Assembly (NCBI GenBank): GCA_044227445.1
Contig: JBGAWT010000001.1
Location: forward strand, 1-47,850
Source of the DNA: Bdellovibrionia bacterium
GTDB taxonomy: Bacteria; Bdellovibrionota; UBA1018
Direction: 5' to 3'
Length of the DNA stretch: 47,850 bases
Below are positions 35,277 through 44,605 of this stretch, piece by piece. The translations under genes and the position numbers were made by a program. The notes beneath the pieces were generated by a model that was given only the letters and a program-made list of their open reading frames with translations, was not told the DNA's origin and ran no database searches. Each line of letters begins with the position of its first letter. The stretch's first letter is position 1.

Positions 35277-36029
35277 ATGAGCGGCTCACCACGTGTAGCG
35301 GTCGTAACCGGCGCAGGACGAGGCATAGGCGCTGCCATCGCGCTTCAACTTGCCTCCGATGGATTTGACGTCACCGTCAATGACATCTCCAAGGAAAGCG
35401 CTGCGGACACCGCATCAAAGATTGAGAAAATGGGGCGACGCGCTTTCGTCAGCATTCACGACGTTTCCAAAATGGAATCGGCCGCAGCGATGATCTCCGA
35501 AACCCGCTCCCAGCTCGGTAGAGTAGACGCACTGGTAAACAATGCCGGCATCACGCGCGACGCGCTCTTAGTGAAGATGACGCAAAAACAATGGGACGAA
35601 GTCATCGGCATCAATCTCACTGGCGTGTTCAACTGCGGTCAAGCTGCAGCAAAGGTGATGATGGAGCAAAAGAGCGGATGCATCGTCAACCTCGCGTCCA
35701 TTGCATGGCTTGGAAACATCGGACAAACCAACTACGCCGCATCCAAAGCAGGCGTTGTCGCGATGACTAAGACCTGGGCGCTGGAGCTCTCTCGCTATTC
35801 CATTCGGGTCAATGCAGTCGCTCCGGGATTAATTGATACGATTCTCACCCAACAGATCCCAGCCGAAGTGAAAGAGAAATTCGTGAACCGTATTCCGTTA
35901 AAACGAATCGGCTCAACCCAAGACATCGCTGATGCGATTTCTTTTTTAGTGGGAACCAAGTCCTCTTACGTCACTGGACAAGTGCTGCACGTGGACGGTG
36001 GGCTCGTGACGGGTGTCAGCGGCGGATGA
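35277..36029 (+). CDS. short-chain dehydrogenase/reductase, FabG-like 3-oxoacyl-ACP reductase
   Basis: 250 aa with VTGAGRGIGAAIA, NNAGITRD and YAASKAG, at the length typical of FabG. Confidence 0.85.
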   Translation: MSGSPRVAVVTGAGRGIGAAIALQLASDGFDVTVNDISKESAADTASKIEKMGRRAFVSIHDVSKMESAAAMISETRSQLGRVDALVNNAGITRDALLVKMTQKQWDEVIGINLTGVFNCGQAAAKVMMEQKSGCIVNLASIAWLGNIGQTNYAASKAGVVAMTKTWALELSRYSIRVNAVAPGLIDTILTQQIPAEVKEKFVNRIPLKRIGSTQDIADAISFLVGTKSSYVTGQVLHVDGGLVTGVSGG

Positions 36030-36376
36030 GCTCGATCTGGCCCTGGGCGCGAACTGCGCTTTTGCTGATCGCCTCCAACACCTTCATGACCCTAGCGTGG
36101 TACGGACATCTAAAATTTAGAAAATCCGCATTGATCGTTGCGATCCTAGGAAGCTGGCTCATTGCCCTGCCCGAGTATGCCCTGCAGGTTCCCGCCAATC
36201 GCTTGGGCTACGGACCGATGAGCGCGTATCAGCTCAAGATCCTTCAGGAATGCATTAGCCTCACCGTGTTCATGATCTTTGCTTGGGTGGCTTTGGATGA
36301 GCCTCTGAAATGGCGCACGGGCGTGTCGTTTGGGCTCATTGCCTTGGCTTGCTGGGTGGGGTTTTCGGGGGATTAG
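36026..36376 (+). CDS. DMT-superfamily small membrane protein (DUF486)
   Basis: 116 aa with SNTFMTLAWYGHLKF and EYALQVPANRLGY. It overlaps the SDR gene by 4 nt. Confidence 0.8.
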   Translation: MSSIWPWARTALLLIASNTFMTLAWYGHLKFRKSALIVAILGSWLIALPEYALQVPANRLGYGPMSAYQLKILQECISLTVFMIFAWVALDEPLKWRTGVSFGLIALACWVGFSGD

Positions 36377-36381
36377 CTCAG

Positions 36382-36410
36382 TTGACAAACTGGGTTTTGA
36401 CCCATACTGA
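36382..36410 (+). promoter_or_regulatory. candidate sigma70-like promoter for paralogue 1
   Basis: TTGACA (36382..36387), then 15 nt, then CATACT. The same TTGACA-N15-CATAxx layout recurs at 38433. This is pattern match only. Confidence 0.3.
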
Positions 36411-36442
36411 AGCGTCGAAAACTCAACGATAGGAGCCGCCTC

Positions 36443-37387
36443 ATGAAGCCGATTCTCTTCGTTCTCGCTTCCCTTCTGATCTCTCCCCTTTCATTCGCAC
36501 AGACAGATCTTGAAAACGCTCAGACGTTTCAAAAGGTCATCCTAATCAATACGGCCCCGGGCGGAATGGATGAGAATCGCCTGCACGCCAAGGGAAAGCC
36601 TGCTGAGGTGATCAAGAAATCAGTGCCTGCTTTGAATAGCTCTCTGCTGGCGGCTCGACTCAAGCTTGCTCAAGACCTAGCTGACCATCGCAAAGGCGAC
36701 GCTTCTATCCCCAACCGACTCAAGGAAGTCGCAGATTACAACGCAGTGATCGATGCTTTGGCGCCGAAGTCCGTGGTCTACGACGATGACAATACATTTG
36801 GCTCTTTTGGCGAAAGCTTACCGATTCTGAGCCCTGACGTCGTGAGCGCGGGACGAATCGAGACCACTCCGTTTGATTTTACGGAAGGCTTTCAGGTCCA
36901 ATGCAAAGAGGATTGGTACAGCGGGATCACGGTCCATCGCCACAGGAAGACTGGGGAAGTCCTCTGGTTTAAGGCAAGTCGCTCGAGCATCGCCGTAGTA
37001 GCTGAGGACTATGACGGCAACCCCATCACGAAAGTGAATTATTATGGTGCGATCACCTCTATCTGGGACCCAGTGACAGATCGCTGGAAGGTCTATGAGG
37101 AGAAGGGTCGCTACTCCAATGCGGCGGTGTACAACCCGACTACTGAAAAAGTCGAATACGTTAAAAGCGAGCAAGACCAAGGAATCGGCGGCGTATTTCA
37201 CCCCATCACTGGACAAGTCGAATGGGAAACGGCCTACGAGACCGGCATAGCAGGTTGGTATGATCCGGGCAAAAAACGTGTCTTTTGGAAGAAAAACTCC
37301 CACGGCGGAGTAGCTTGCATCTGGCGCGACGAAAACGGCCAGTACCACACCTCAACGGGATACCCCGTGAGCTTCCCCCGGCGCTGA
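36443..37387 (+). CDS. secreted ~21-aa-repeat protein, tandem paralogue 1 (uncharacterised family)
   Basis: 314 aa with signal peptide MKPILFVLASLLISPLSFA. It shares an N-terminal helical module (HAKGKPAEVIKKSVPALN...HRKG) and C-terminal repeats (...AAVYNPTTEKVEYVKSEQDQ GIGGVFHPITGQVEWETAYET GIAGWYDPGKKRVFWKKNSHG GVACIWRDENGQYHTS) with the next two genes. Confidence 0.8.
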   Translation: MKPILFVLASLLISPLSFAQTDLENAQTFQKVILINTAPGGMDENRLHAKGKPAEVIKKSVPALNSSLLAARLKLAQDLADHRKGDASIPNRLKEVADYNAVIDALAPKSVVYDDDNTFGSFGESLPILSPDVVSAGRIETTPFDFTEGFQVQCKEDWYSGITVHRHRKTGEVLWFKASRSSIAVVAEDYDGNPITKVNYYGAITSIWDPVTDRWKVYEEKGRYSNAAVYNPTTEKVEYVKSEQDQGIGGVFHPITGQVEWETAYETGIAGWYDPGKKRVFWKKNSHGGVACIWRDENGQYHTSTGYPVSFPRR

Positions 37388-37489
37388 TCTTGACCCAATC
37401 TTGATAAACGCCTGACAGTCCTTGGACAGCAAATCGCCGGGGGTTGGGCTATTTTGCGCCTCGTTGCACAACCGCATCGGAGGCCCAAC

Positions 37490-38428
37490 ATGAAAACGTT
37501 ATTCAAAGTTACCGCTCTTACCTTGGGATGTTCTGCCTTGCTGGCTAGCTTTTCGGCGCTGGCAGATCTGAATCGGGAGCGCGCTCTGAGCTTAAATAAA
37601 CAGCTCTTTGAATCGACCACGCCAGGCAGTCTCAACTCAGCCCGCAGACACGCCAAGGGCGAGAACGCTCGCGTAGTGAAGGATCTTATTCCTGCCCTCA
37701 ACAACGAATTGATTTTGGTTCGCGATACCTTAAGCAGGGAGCTCGTAGCTCATCGCCTCGGGCAAGAGACCGCAATCGATCTGAGGTACCGAATCGACGA
37801 ATACAATAAACTCTTTGATTCGCTGGATTACCATTCGGTCGTGTACGACGACGCAAGTCCCATGGGAGCTTACGGTAGCTCCTTTCGAGTCTTGAATGAG
37901 GGCGTGCGTAGTTTAGGAACTATTGAGCTCACGGGGTTTGATTTCACTTCCGGATTCTACGTCGAGTGCCAAAAACGCTACAACTCCGGTTTGGTTGTCC
38001 ATCGCAACAGCAAAACGGGTGATATCACCTGGCGCCACAGATATTCGAACGCCTTAGCCGTTGTAGGCGAAAATCCCGACGGAAGCCCGATCATCGCCAT
38101 TAAATACGAAACGGGAATAACCTCCGCGTTTAACGCTGCGGCAGGACGCTGGGAATCCAGTGCCGCGCGCTACATGCATTCCAACGCAGCGGCCTACAAC
38201 GAGGCCACGGAAAAAGTAGAATTTCAAGAAAGCGGCTACCATTCGGGCTTGGGCGGAGTCTTCAATCCGGTATCGGCAAAGGTAGAGTGGAGCTCTGCCT
38301 ACCACACCGGTGTCGCCGGTTACTTTGAACCTACCAAAGCCGAAGTCATTTGGACTAAAGCCTACCAGTCAGGGCGCTACCACACTTCTTCAGGCTACTA
38401 CGGCTACTACGGCGGTTCGGATGACTAG
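37490..38428 (+). CDS. secreted ~21-aa-repeat protein, tandem paralogue 2
   Basis: The track ORF is 37454..38428. ATG 37490 follows GGAGG and gives MKTLFKVTALTLGCSALLASFSALA. It is collinear with paralogues 1 and 3 but lacks the GVACIWRDxNGQ segment (AYQSG-RYHTSSG). The tail is Gly/Tyr-rich. Confidence 0.8.
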   Translation: MKTLFKVTALTLGCSALLASFSALADLNRERALSLNKQLFESTTPGSLNSARRHAKGENARVVKDLIPALNNELILVRDTLSRELVAHRLGQETAIDLRYRIDEYNKLFDSLDYHSVVYDDASPMGAYGSSFRVLNEGVRSLGTIELTGFDFTSGFYVECQKRYNSGLVVHRNSKTGDITWRHRYSNALAVVGENPDGSPIIAIKYETGITSAFNAAAGRWESSAARYMHSNAAAYNEATEKVEFQESGYHSGLGGVFNPVSAKVEWSSAYHTGVAGYFEPTKAEVIWTKAYQSGRYHTSSGYYGYYGGSDD

Positions 38429-38432
38429 GGGT

Positions 38433-38461
38433 TTGACAACATCGATCAGTTCACATAACTG
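38433..38461 (+). promoter_or_regulatory. candidate sigma70-like promoter for paralogue 3
   Basis: TTGACA (38433..38438), then 15 nt, then CATAAC, and AAGGAG 8 nt before ATG 38491. This is pattern match only. Confidence 0.3.
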
Positions 38462-38490
38462 GGCGATCAACAATTAAGGAGTTTTCCTGT

Positions 38491-39447
38491 ATGAAGCGCT
38501 CTTTTGCCGTCCTTGTTTGCATCAGCCTCTCAGCGACTTTTTCCGCTTTCGCCGATTCGGGCGAGGAACGAATCAAAGCTCTCAGTGAGCAGGTATTCGA
38601 GTCGACGTCAGGAGGAAACTTCCGCTCGAGCCGCAGGCATGCCACCGGCGAGAAGGCGAAGACCGTTAAGGAAACCCTTCCTACTTTGAACAATGAAGTG
38701 ATTCTTGTTCGTCACAACCTAAGCCGTGAGCTCATGATCCATCGGCTGGGCGGCGAGACCCCTTCAAATCTTTATTCCAGGATCAACGACTTCAACTCGC
38801 TCTTTCGGAAACTGGATTCTAGCAACATTGTGTACGACGAGGACAACACCTTTGGTTCCTTCGGCGGAAGCACTCCTGCTCTGAACGCGGGAGTTAAGAG
38901 CTTGGGCGAAATCGAGCTCACCCGTTTTGATTTCACCACAGGCTTTCAGGCCGAGTGCAAAGATGCTTACAAGGCGGGAGTTATCGTATTTCGCAACACC
39001 AAGACGGGCGAGATCCACTGGAGCCAAAGCTATAAATCTGGGTTGGCTGTCGTAGGCGAAGCCGCGGATGGAAGCGCTATTACCAAAGAGAGTTACCAAA
39101 CGGGCTTAACATCGGACTTCAATCCCACGACGGAGCGATGGGAGTATTTCGAGGGCAACTATTTGCATGCCAATGCGGCCGTCTACAACCCCGCCACACA
39201 GCAAGTCGAGGTACAGGAGAGCGGATATAAGAGCGGCATCGGCGGGGTGTTCAACCCCCTCACCCGTCTCGTCGAATGGAAGTCGAGCTACCGAAATGGC
39301 GTCGCGGGATACTTTGATCCAACTCAAGGAAAAGTTATCTGGGTAGAAAGCTATAAATCAGGCGTCGCTTGCATCTGGCGGGATAGCAATGGCCAGTACC
39401 ACACGTCTTCGAGCTTCTTCGGCGGTATCAGCGGCAAGTACGACTAG
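38491..39447 (+). CDS. secreted ~21-aa-repeat protein, tandem paralogue 3
   Basis: 318 aa with signal peptide MKRSFAVLVCISLSATFSAFA. It carries RRHATGEKAKTVKETLPTLNNEVILVRHNLSRELMIHRLG and the repeats ...AAVYNPATQQVEVQESGYKS GIGGVFNPLTRLVEWKSSYRN GVAGYFDPTQGKVIWVESYKS GVACIWRDSNGQYHTS. Confidence 0.8.
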   Translation: MKRSFAVLVCISLSATFSAFADSGEERIKALSEQVFESTSGGNFRSSRRHATGEKAKTVKETLPTLNNEVILVRHNLSRELMIHRLGGETPSNLYSRINDFNSLFRKLDSSNIVYDEDNTFGSFGGSTPALNAGVKSLGEIELTRFDFTTGFQAECKDAYKAGVIVFRNTKTGEIHWSQSYKSGLAVVGEAADGSAITKESYQTGLTSDFNPTTERWEYFEGNYLHANAAVYNPATQQVEVQESGYKSGIGGVFNPLTRLVEWKSSYRNGVAGYFDPTQGKVIWVESYKSGVACIWRDSNGQYHTSSSFFGGISGKYD

Positions 39448-39449
39448 AA

Positions 39450-39830
39450 CTAAAGCTGCTGCGTAGGCGCAGGCCCCGGAGTATGGGCCGACTCTTTGAA
39501 GGGCTGGTAGCACTTAGGGCAGTACTGAGGATTGTCCGTCGTCCACATGCCCTTGAGGCAACCAGGGCACTTAATGCGCCCGTACTTGCCAAAGGCCATG
39601 AGCAGACTGATCAAAGAGGCCGAAAATAAAATCGCATCCATGATCGCGCCGAACTCAGGGCTCTTGTGCTTGATGTTGAGCACATCGATGAAGTTGAGCG
39701 CTTCGGCCACCCCAAAGACGGCAAATAGAACCGTAAAAACCAGAAACAGCGTGCGCGAGGTCGCCAGCTGTTTCTGGAAGGCTTTTCTTACGGAATCGCT
39801 GATCTGAACCCCTCTATGGGGCGCCGGCAC
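39450..39830 (-). CDS. hypothetical 2-TM membrane protein with C-terminal CxxC...CxxC zinc-ribbon
   Basis: 126 aa with two hydrophobic helices followed by KCPGCLKGMWTTDNPQYCPKCYQPF. It starts 3 nt after the ftsZ stop on the same strand. Confidence 0.6.
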   Translation of the reverse strand: MPAPHRGVQISDSVRKAFQKQLATSRTLFLVFTVLFAVFGVAEALNFIDVLNIKHKSPEFGAIMDAILFSASLISLLMAFGKYGRIKCPGCLKGMWTTDNPQYCPKCYQPFKESAHTPGPAPTQQL

Positions 39831-39833
39831 CCG

Positions 39834-41132
39834 CTAAACCTCAGACTCTTGCTGGCGACGCATGTAAGTCGGAATATCGTATTCGTCATCAGTGAGGTTG
39901 GTGATGCCCAGGCGTTGAGCGATTGCGCGAGCCCGCGTGAGCTCAGAGGCCGCTGGAGCCAAGGGAAGGTCTTCTTCGACCCCTTCAGCCGTAGCCGCTG
40001 CGATCTCGGCGGTTTCTTGCGCCACCGTCTCAGCGACGTTCTGTGCTTGAGCAAGCATCTCGGCCGAAGGCATCGGAGGAGCAACCGTGTTGGTTTGCAT
40101 CACGGGAGCTGCCGAAGCCATCGCGCTGGAGAGATCGATTGCCGTATCCATGCGATGCGATTGCATGTGCGCTTGTGAGCCACCCAGACCAGTGGCGATG
40201 ACCGTTACCTTTACGCGGTCGTTCATCGTCTCGTCGATCACGGTGCCGAAGATGATCTCGGCGTCTTCGTGAGCAGCTTCCATGATGAGCGTCGTGGCTT
40301 CGTTGACTTCGTGGATCTTGAGGTTGGATCCGCCGGTGATGTTGATGATGATACCCGTGGCGCCTTCGATCGAGATGTCCTCGAGCAGAGGGCTTGAGAT
40401 GGCGTTGGTAGCGGCTTCGATCGAGCGGTGCTCGCCTTCGCCGTAGCCGATGCCCATGAGAGCGAGCCCCTTGTTCTGCATGATCGTGCGTACGTCGGCG
40501 AAGTCGGAGTTGATCAAGCCCGTGTGATTGATCAGATCCGAAATGCCTTGGACGGCATTGAGCAACACTTCGTCAGCTTTCTTGAATGCATCCATCATCG
40601 AGAGCGAAGAGCCCGAGATGGCAAGGAGGCGCTGGTTAGGAATCGTGATGAGAGAGTCGACGTTCTCGCGAAGGCCCAAGATTCCGCCTTCGGCATGCTT
40701 GAGGCGCTTCTTGCCTTCGAACATGAAGGGTTTGGTCACGACGCCTACGGTAAGCGCACCGATCTCTTTGGCGACCTTAGCAAACACTGGAGCGGCTCCC
40801 GTCCCAGTGCCGCCGCCCATGCCGGCGGTGATGAACACCATGTCCGATCCCGTCAGGATATCAGCGATCTTGGCGTAATCCTCAAGAGCTGCCTTGCGAC
40901 CTACTTCGGGATTGGCGCCGGCGCCTAAGCCCTTGGTGAGCTCCTGGCCGATGGCAAGCTTTACAGGAGCAAGCGAAGCGTCCAGCGCTTGTTTGTCCGT
41001 GTTGGCCGTGATGAATTCCACGCCTGAGAGGCCCATTCGAATCATCGTGTTCACGGCGTTGCATCCGCTGCCGCCCACGCCGATGACCTTGATTTTTGCC
41101 CCGCCGCTTGTCAATTGATCCAGTTCGAACAT
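39834..41132 (-). CDS. ftsZ: cell division GTPase FtsZ
   Basis: 432 aa with [11 protein letters not shown], the [10 protein letters not shown] tubulin signature, and the C-terminal peptide [13 protein letters not shown]. Confidence 0.97.
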   Translation of the reverse strand: MFELDQLTSGGAKIKVIGVGGSGCNAVNTMIRMGLSGVEFITANTDKQALDASLAPVKLAIGQELTKGLGAGANPEVGRKAALEDYAKIADILTGSDMVFITAGMGGGTGTGAAPVFAKVAKEIGALTVGVVTKPFMFEGKKRLKHAEGGILGLRENVDSLITIPNQRLLAISGSSLSMMDAFKKADEVLLNAVQGISDLINHTGLINSDFADVRTIMQNKGLALMGIGYGEGEHRSIEAATNAISSPLLEDISIEGATGIIINITGGSNLKIHEVNEATTLIMEAAHEDAEIIFGTVIDETMNDRVKVTVIATGLGGSQAHMQSHRMDTAIDLSSAMASAAPVMQTNTVAPPMPSAEMLAQAQNVAETVAQETAEIAAATAEGVEEDLPLAPAASELTRARAIAQRLGITNLTDDEYDIPTYMRRQQESEV

Positions 41133-41151
41133 CGTTTCTATCCTTCCGTGG

Positions 41152-42387
41152 TTAAAAAAGATCTCGGATCCACGAAACCATCGATCCGCGTACCTTGTCG
41201 TAAATATTGCGCTCCCTGATCGGGAACTTGCTCTTTTGCGAGTTGCGCGAGCCGTATCGAATCAGACCCACGCCCGTTGCAAACTTAGGAGAATTGACGA
41301 CGTCTCTCAGGCCACCGATGTCCTGAGGGAAACCGCGTTTAACGGGCATCTCGAAGATCATCTCAGCCAGCTCAGGCATTCCTTCGAGCAACGAGGATCC
41401 GCCGGTTATGACGACTCCGGCTGAGAGCAGCTCTTGGTAGCCCGACTTCATGACTTCGCGTTGAATGAGCGAGAAGATCTCCTCGACCCGAGGCTCTATG
41501 ATTTCGGCCAAAAGCCTGCGCGACACGACACGCGGTTTGCGCCCACCGACTCCAGGCACTTCGACCGTCTCGTCAGGCCTGACCATCGAGGCCATTGCGC
41601 AGCCGTAGCGAATCTTGGTGCGCTCGGCTTCGTTTTGAGGAGTGCGTAGGCCCACTGCGATGTCGTTGGTGATGTGATTTCCGCCGATAGCAAGCACGCC
41701 TGTGTGAACAACGGCGCCTTCCTTGAAAATGGCGATATCGCTTGTGCCACCGCCGATATCGACGAGCACGACGCCCAATTCTTTTTCGTCCTGACAGAGC
41801 ACGGCTTCGCTTGAAGCGATCGGCTCTAGGCAAATCTCAGCGACGTTTAAGCCCGCCTTGTTCACGCACTTGATGATGTTTTGCGCGGAGCTCACTGCGC
41901 CAGTCACGATATGGACCTTCGCTTCAAGTCTCACGCCGCTCATTCCGACCGGATCCTTGATCCCGTCTTGGTCATTGACCATGAACTCCTGCGGAATGAT
42001 GTGGATTGTCTCGCGGTCCAAAGGGATGGCCACAGCTTTCGCCGCGTCGATTACCCTTTGGACATCGGCTTGCGTGATCTCGCGGTCTTTAACCGCCACC
42101 ACGCCCGTCGAATTAAATGATTTGATGTGTCCGCCCGCGATGCCCGTGTAGACGGTGGAAATCTCCACGCCTGCCATGAGCTCCGCTTCTTCGATAGCGC
42201 GCGTGATGCTCTCAACGGTCGTGTCGATGTTTACGACGACGCCTTTTCTGAGTCCGTGCGATGGGGCGGTTCCGATTCCCACGACATCGATTGTCGTCGT
42301 GGGACCGTTGTCAACGATCTCGCCCACGATGCAACAAATCTTGGTCGTTCCGATGTCGAGCCCGACAATAAAGTCCTTTTTGGACAT
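41152..42387 (-). CDS. ftsA: cell division protein FtsA
   Basis: The track ORF 41152..42846 has a 153-codon N-terminal extension that is really ftsQ 3' sequence. ATG 42387 follows GGGAGGG and gives [23 protein letters not shown]..., and it has [10 protein letters not shown]. Confidence 0.93.
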   Translation of the reverse strand: MSKKDFIVGLDIGTTKICCIVGEIVDNGPTTTIDVVGIGTAPSHGLRKGVVVNIDTTVESITRAIEEAELMAGVEISTVYTGIAGGHIKSFNSTGVVAVKDREITQADVQRVIDAAKAVAIPLDRETIHIIPQEFMVNDQDGIKDPVGMSGVRLEAKVHIVTGAVSSAQNIIKCVNKAGLNVAEICLEPIASSEAVLCQDEKELGVVLVDIGGGTSDIAIFKEGAVVHTGVLAIGGNHITNDIAVGLRTPQNEAERTKIRYGCAMASMVRPDETVEVPGVGGRKPRVVSRRLLAEIIEPRVEEIFSLIQREVMKSGYQELLSAGVVITGGSSLLEGMPELAEMIFEMPVKRGFPQDIGGLRDVVNSPKFATGVGLIRYGSRNSQKSKFPIRERNIYDKVRGSMVSWIRDLF

Positions 42388-42461
42388 TCGAGAATCCCTC
42401 CCATGGGACTCTGTGGGCAAAGCCGGCAAAAAAAGCCTGGCCCAGCAGGCTCTAAGAAAGT

Positions 42462-43196
42462 CTAAGAACCATGAGCGGTTTTGACAACTATTTTTTGCCA
42501 ATATCTGCCCAGATTTGACGCGCCACGGCGCGAACCGAGTATCTCTCGAAGACCCGCGCCACGCCGAGCCCGCCACTCCGGAGAGCCCCAGCTCAACCCA
42601 AACGCGATTTGGAGGGGCTTGGAACCTAAAGGATAGGCCAAAGCCCTGACGCCGCGTTCGGCATCCCCATCTCAACTCCAGAAGTTTAAAGCGCGCGAGC
42701 GCCGCTGTTTTCTCCCAACTTTGGATGAGTTCCACAAATACGGGCAGTCTGCTGTCGCCCGAACCCAACGCCGTGATGAGAGTCAGATCCCAACCCGTGT
42801 GTGCATTCACCGGAGCGAATGCTTCACCCGATCGATCCACGTACAAAGTTTTCCCACTTAGAGCTTTGAAGCACGCCTCACCTGAAACTCAGGCCGAATC
42901 ACGACGGTGCCGGGAAGTTTCTTTTGCAGCCGAACAGATGCGATCCAAGGATGGCGCTCAATTCGCTTTTGAAGCGCCGAGAAATCCAGATCGAATAAGG
43001 AGATCTTGCCAATGGGGACCGAAGCCTGCGCGATGATCTCTGCCGCCGAAAGCGGCGAGTGCGTCGATAGTCCTTCGACCTCGGCAAGCCGTACTAAGAA
43101 AAGATCCGATCGAAGCGCTGAAACAATTCCCGCGCCCAATCCCGCCAGAACGGCAACCGAGAAGAAAACTCGTGTCGCTTTGCTGCGATTGCCCAT
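42462..43196 (-). pseudogene. ftsQ: cell division protein FtsQ, interrupted by at least two and probably three 1-nt deletions
   Basis: Frame 1 (42858..43196) holds the TM helix plus POTRA (LFLVRLAEVEGL...HPWIASVRLQKKLPGTVVIRPEFQ). The next frame reads EACFKALSGKTLYVDRSGEAFAP...GFGLSFRFQAPPNRVWVELG. The next reads GVARVFERYSV (compare E. coli RLARFVELYPV). The last reads ASNLGRYWQKIVVKTAHGS-stop (42462..42464). The shifts map to about 42861..42888, near the C4 run 42586..42589, and about 42511..42535. The 3' end is uncertain. Confidence 0.75.
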
Positions 43197-43252
43197 CTTC
43201 TTTTAAGACTAAAGCATGGCGTGAGCTTAGGCCACCTGGTAGTTTTATTGTT

Positions 43253-44605
43253 ATGCAACCATCTTGGAATCGGCTCCTCGCTCTTGCTGCTTTCGCTCGT
43301 CAGCTGCAATCGCCCTCCGGCATCCGTGATCGAGAAATCCTCTCGACGCCCTTAGTCGGTAACCTCAATGTGCAGCGCTTTAAACTCAAGAACGGGCTCA
43401 AGATCCTCGTCGTTGAGGACCATTCGGCACCGACCTTCGCGTATCAAACCTGGTTTCACGTGGGCTCCAAAGACGAAGAAGTGGGCAAGACCGGATTGGC
43501 TCACCTCTTTGAGCACATGATGTTCAAGGGAACCAAGAACCACAAAGACGGCGAGTATGACCGCATTCTCGAAGGCGCCGGCGCAGAAGGAGAAAACGCC
43601 TTCACGAGCCGCGATTACACGGCCTATGTGCAGGAGCTTCCGAAGGGAAACCTAGAACTCATCGCACAAATGGAATCTGACCGCATGGTCAACCTCATCG
43701 TGGATGAGAAGGCATTTCGAACGGAGCTTGAAGTCGTTCAAAACGAACGCCGATTTAGAAACGAAAACAGCGCCGACGGAATGATGTACCAGGAGATCTT
43801 CGGGCTGGCTTTTGACAAGCACCCCTATCACTGGCCTGTCATCGGCTACCAAAAAGACCTCGACAGCATGCACGCCCCGGACGGCTATAAGTTTTATCGC
43901 GAGCACTACAGCCCCAACCGCGCGACCATCATCGTCGTCGGCGATGTCACGGCAGCTGAAGTTTTGAAGGTGGTGGATCGCTATTACGCAGCCCTCCCTC
44001 CGACGGCACCCGAGATCTCAGCACCACGCACTCCAGAGCCTGAGCAAACGGCGCCCAAACTCCGACGCATGCCCTTTAGCATTCAGGTGGAGAAACTCAT
44101 GGTGGGCTACCGCGTTCCGGAAATCTTCAATGAGGAGCGGGCCGCACTCGACGTGCTCCAGGTCATTATGGCTGGCGGTAAGAGCAGTCGCTTGTATCGA
44201 GCTGCCGTCAAATCGGGCGTCGCCTCGGAGATCGAGGCCTTTGACCTCGAGGACGAAGACCCTTCGCTGTTCTTGGTCGCTGGAAATCTCCAAAAAGGGA
44301 AGAAAGCCACCCAGCTCGAAACCATCATGCTCAAGGAATTTGAGCGCGTCGGTAAGGAAGGCGTTACAGCCGATGAACTCGAGCGAGCGCGCAACCGTAT
44401 CGACTTCCAGTATAATGAACGGCTCAGCACCCATATGGAGCGCGCTTCGTTCCTAGGCCACTTTGAGACCTCGGCTGGCGGCTTCGAGGTTGGCGTCAGA
44501 CGCCACGACCAAGCCCAAAAAGTTGAGTCCAAGCAGATCCAGCAGCTCGTGACCAAATACTTCAAGCCGCATCAGCGCGTCACGATGATCGGAGAAAAGA
44601 AATGA
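43253..44605 (+). CDS. M16-family (pitrilysin-like) zinc peptidase, catalytic subunit
   Basis: It has the HxxEH motif (GLAHLFEHMMFKGT) and downstream GENAFTSRDYT and ELEVVQNERR. The track start is 43172. ATG 43253 is used here, but the N-terminus is uncertain (see the rejected note on the alternate-frame lipobox). It overlaps the next gene by 4 nt. Confidence 0.85.
   Translation: MQPSWNRLLALAAFARQLQSPSGIRDREILSTPLVGNLNVQRFKLKNGLKILVVEDHSAPTFAYQTWFHVGSKDEEVGKTGLAHLFEHMMFKGTKNHKDGEYDRILEGAGAEGENAFTSRDYTAYVQELPKGNLELIAQMESDRMVNLIVDEKAFRTELEVVQNERRFRNENSADGMMYQEIFGLAFDKHPYHWPVIGYQKDLDSMHAPDGYKFYREHYSPNRATIIVVGDVTAAEVLKVVDRYYAALPPTAPEISAPRTPEPEQTAPKLRRMPFSIQVEKLMVGYRVPEIFNEERAALDVLQVIMAGGKSSRLYRAAVKSGVASEIEAFDLEDEDPSLFLVAGNLQKGKKATQLETIMLKEFERVGKEGVTADELERARNRIDFQYNERLSTHMERASFLGHFETSAGGFEVGVRRHDQAQKVESKQIQQLVTKYFKPHQRVTMIGEKK

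Noticed and set aside
41152-42846. A 564-aa FtsQ-FtsA fusion protein, as implied by the ORF track.
   Set aside because: The extension starts at a TTG inside ftsQ, and it contains FtsQ-like sequence only in part. A strong SD (GGGAGGG) precedes the canonical FtsA start [16 protein letters not shown] at 42387. The continuity comes from the frame-shifted ftsQ tail having no stop in that frame.
43221-43350. An alternate-frame lipoprotein signal for the first M16 peptidase (…LGIGSSLLLLSLVSC-NRPPASVIEK, TTG 43248 or GTG 43221). This would imply one more frame shift before ...PLVGNLNVQRF.
   Set aside because: It is plausible given the indel load, but Leu-rich codons give hydrophobic peptides in two frames, and I cannot pin down a junction from conserved motifs. 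I left it as a note rather than a call. Orthologue alignment would decide.
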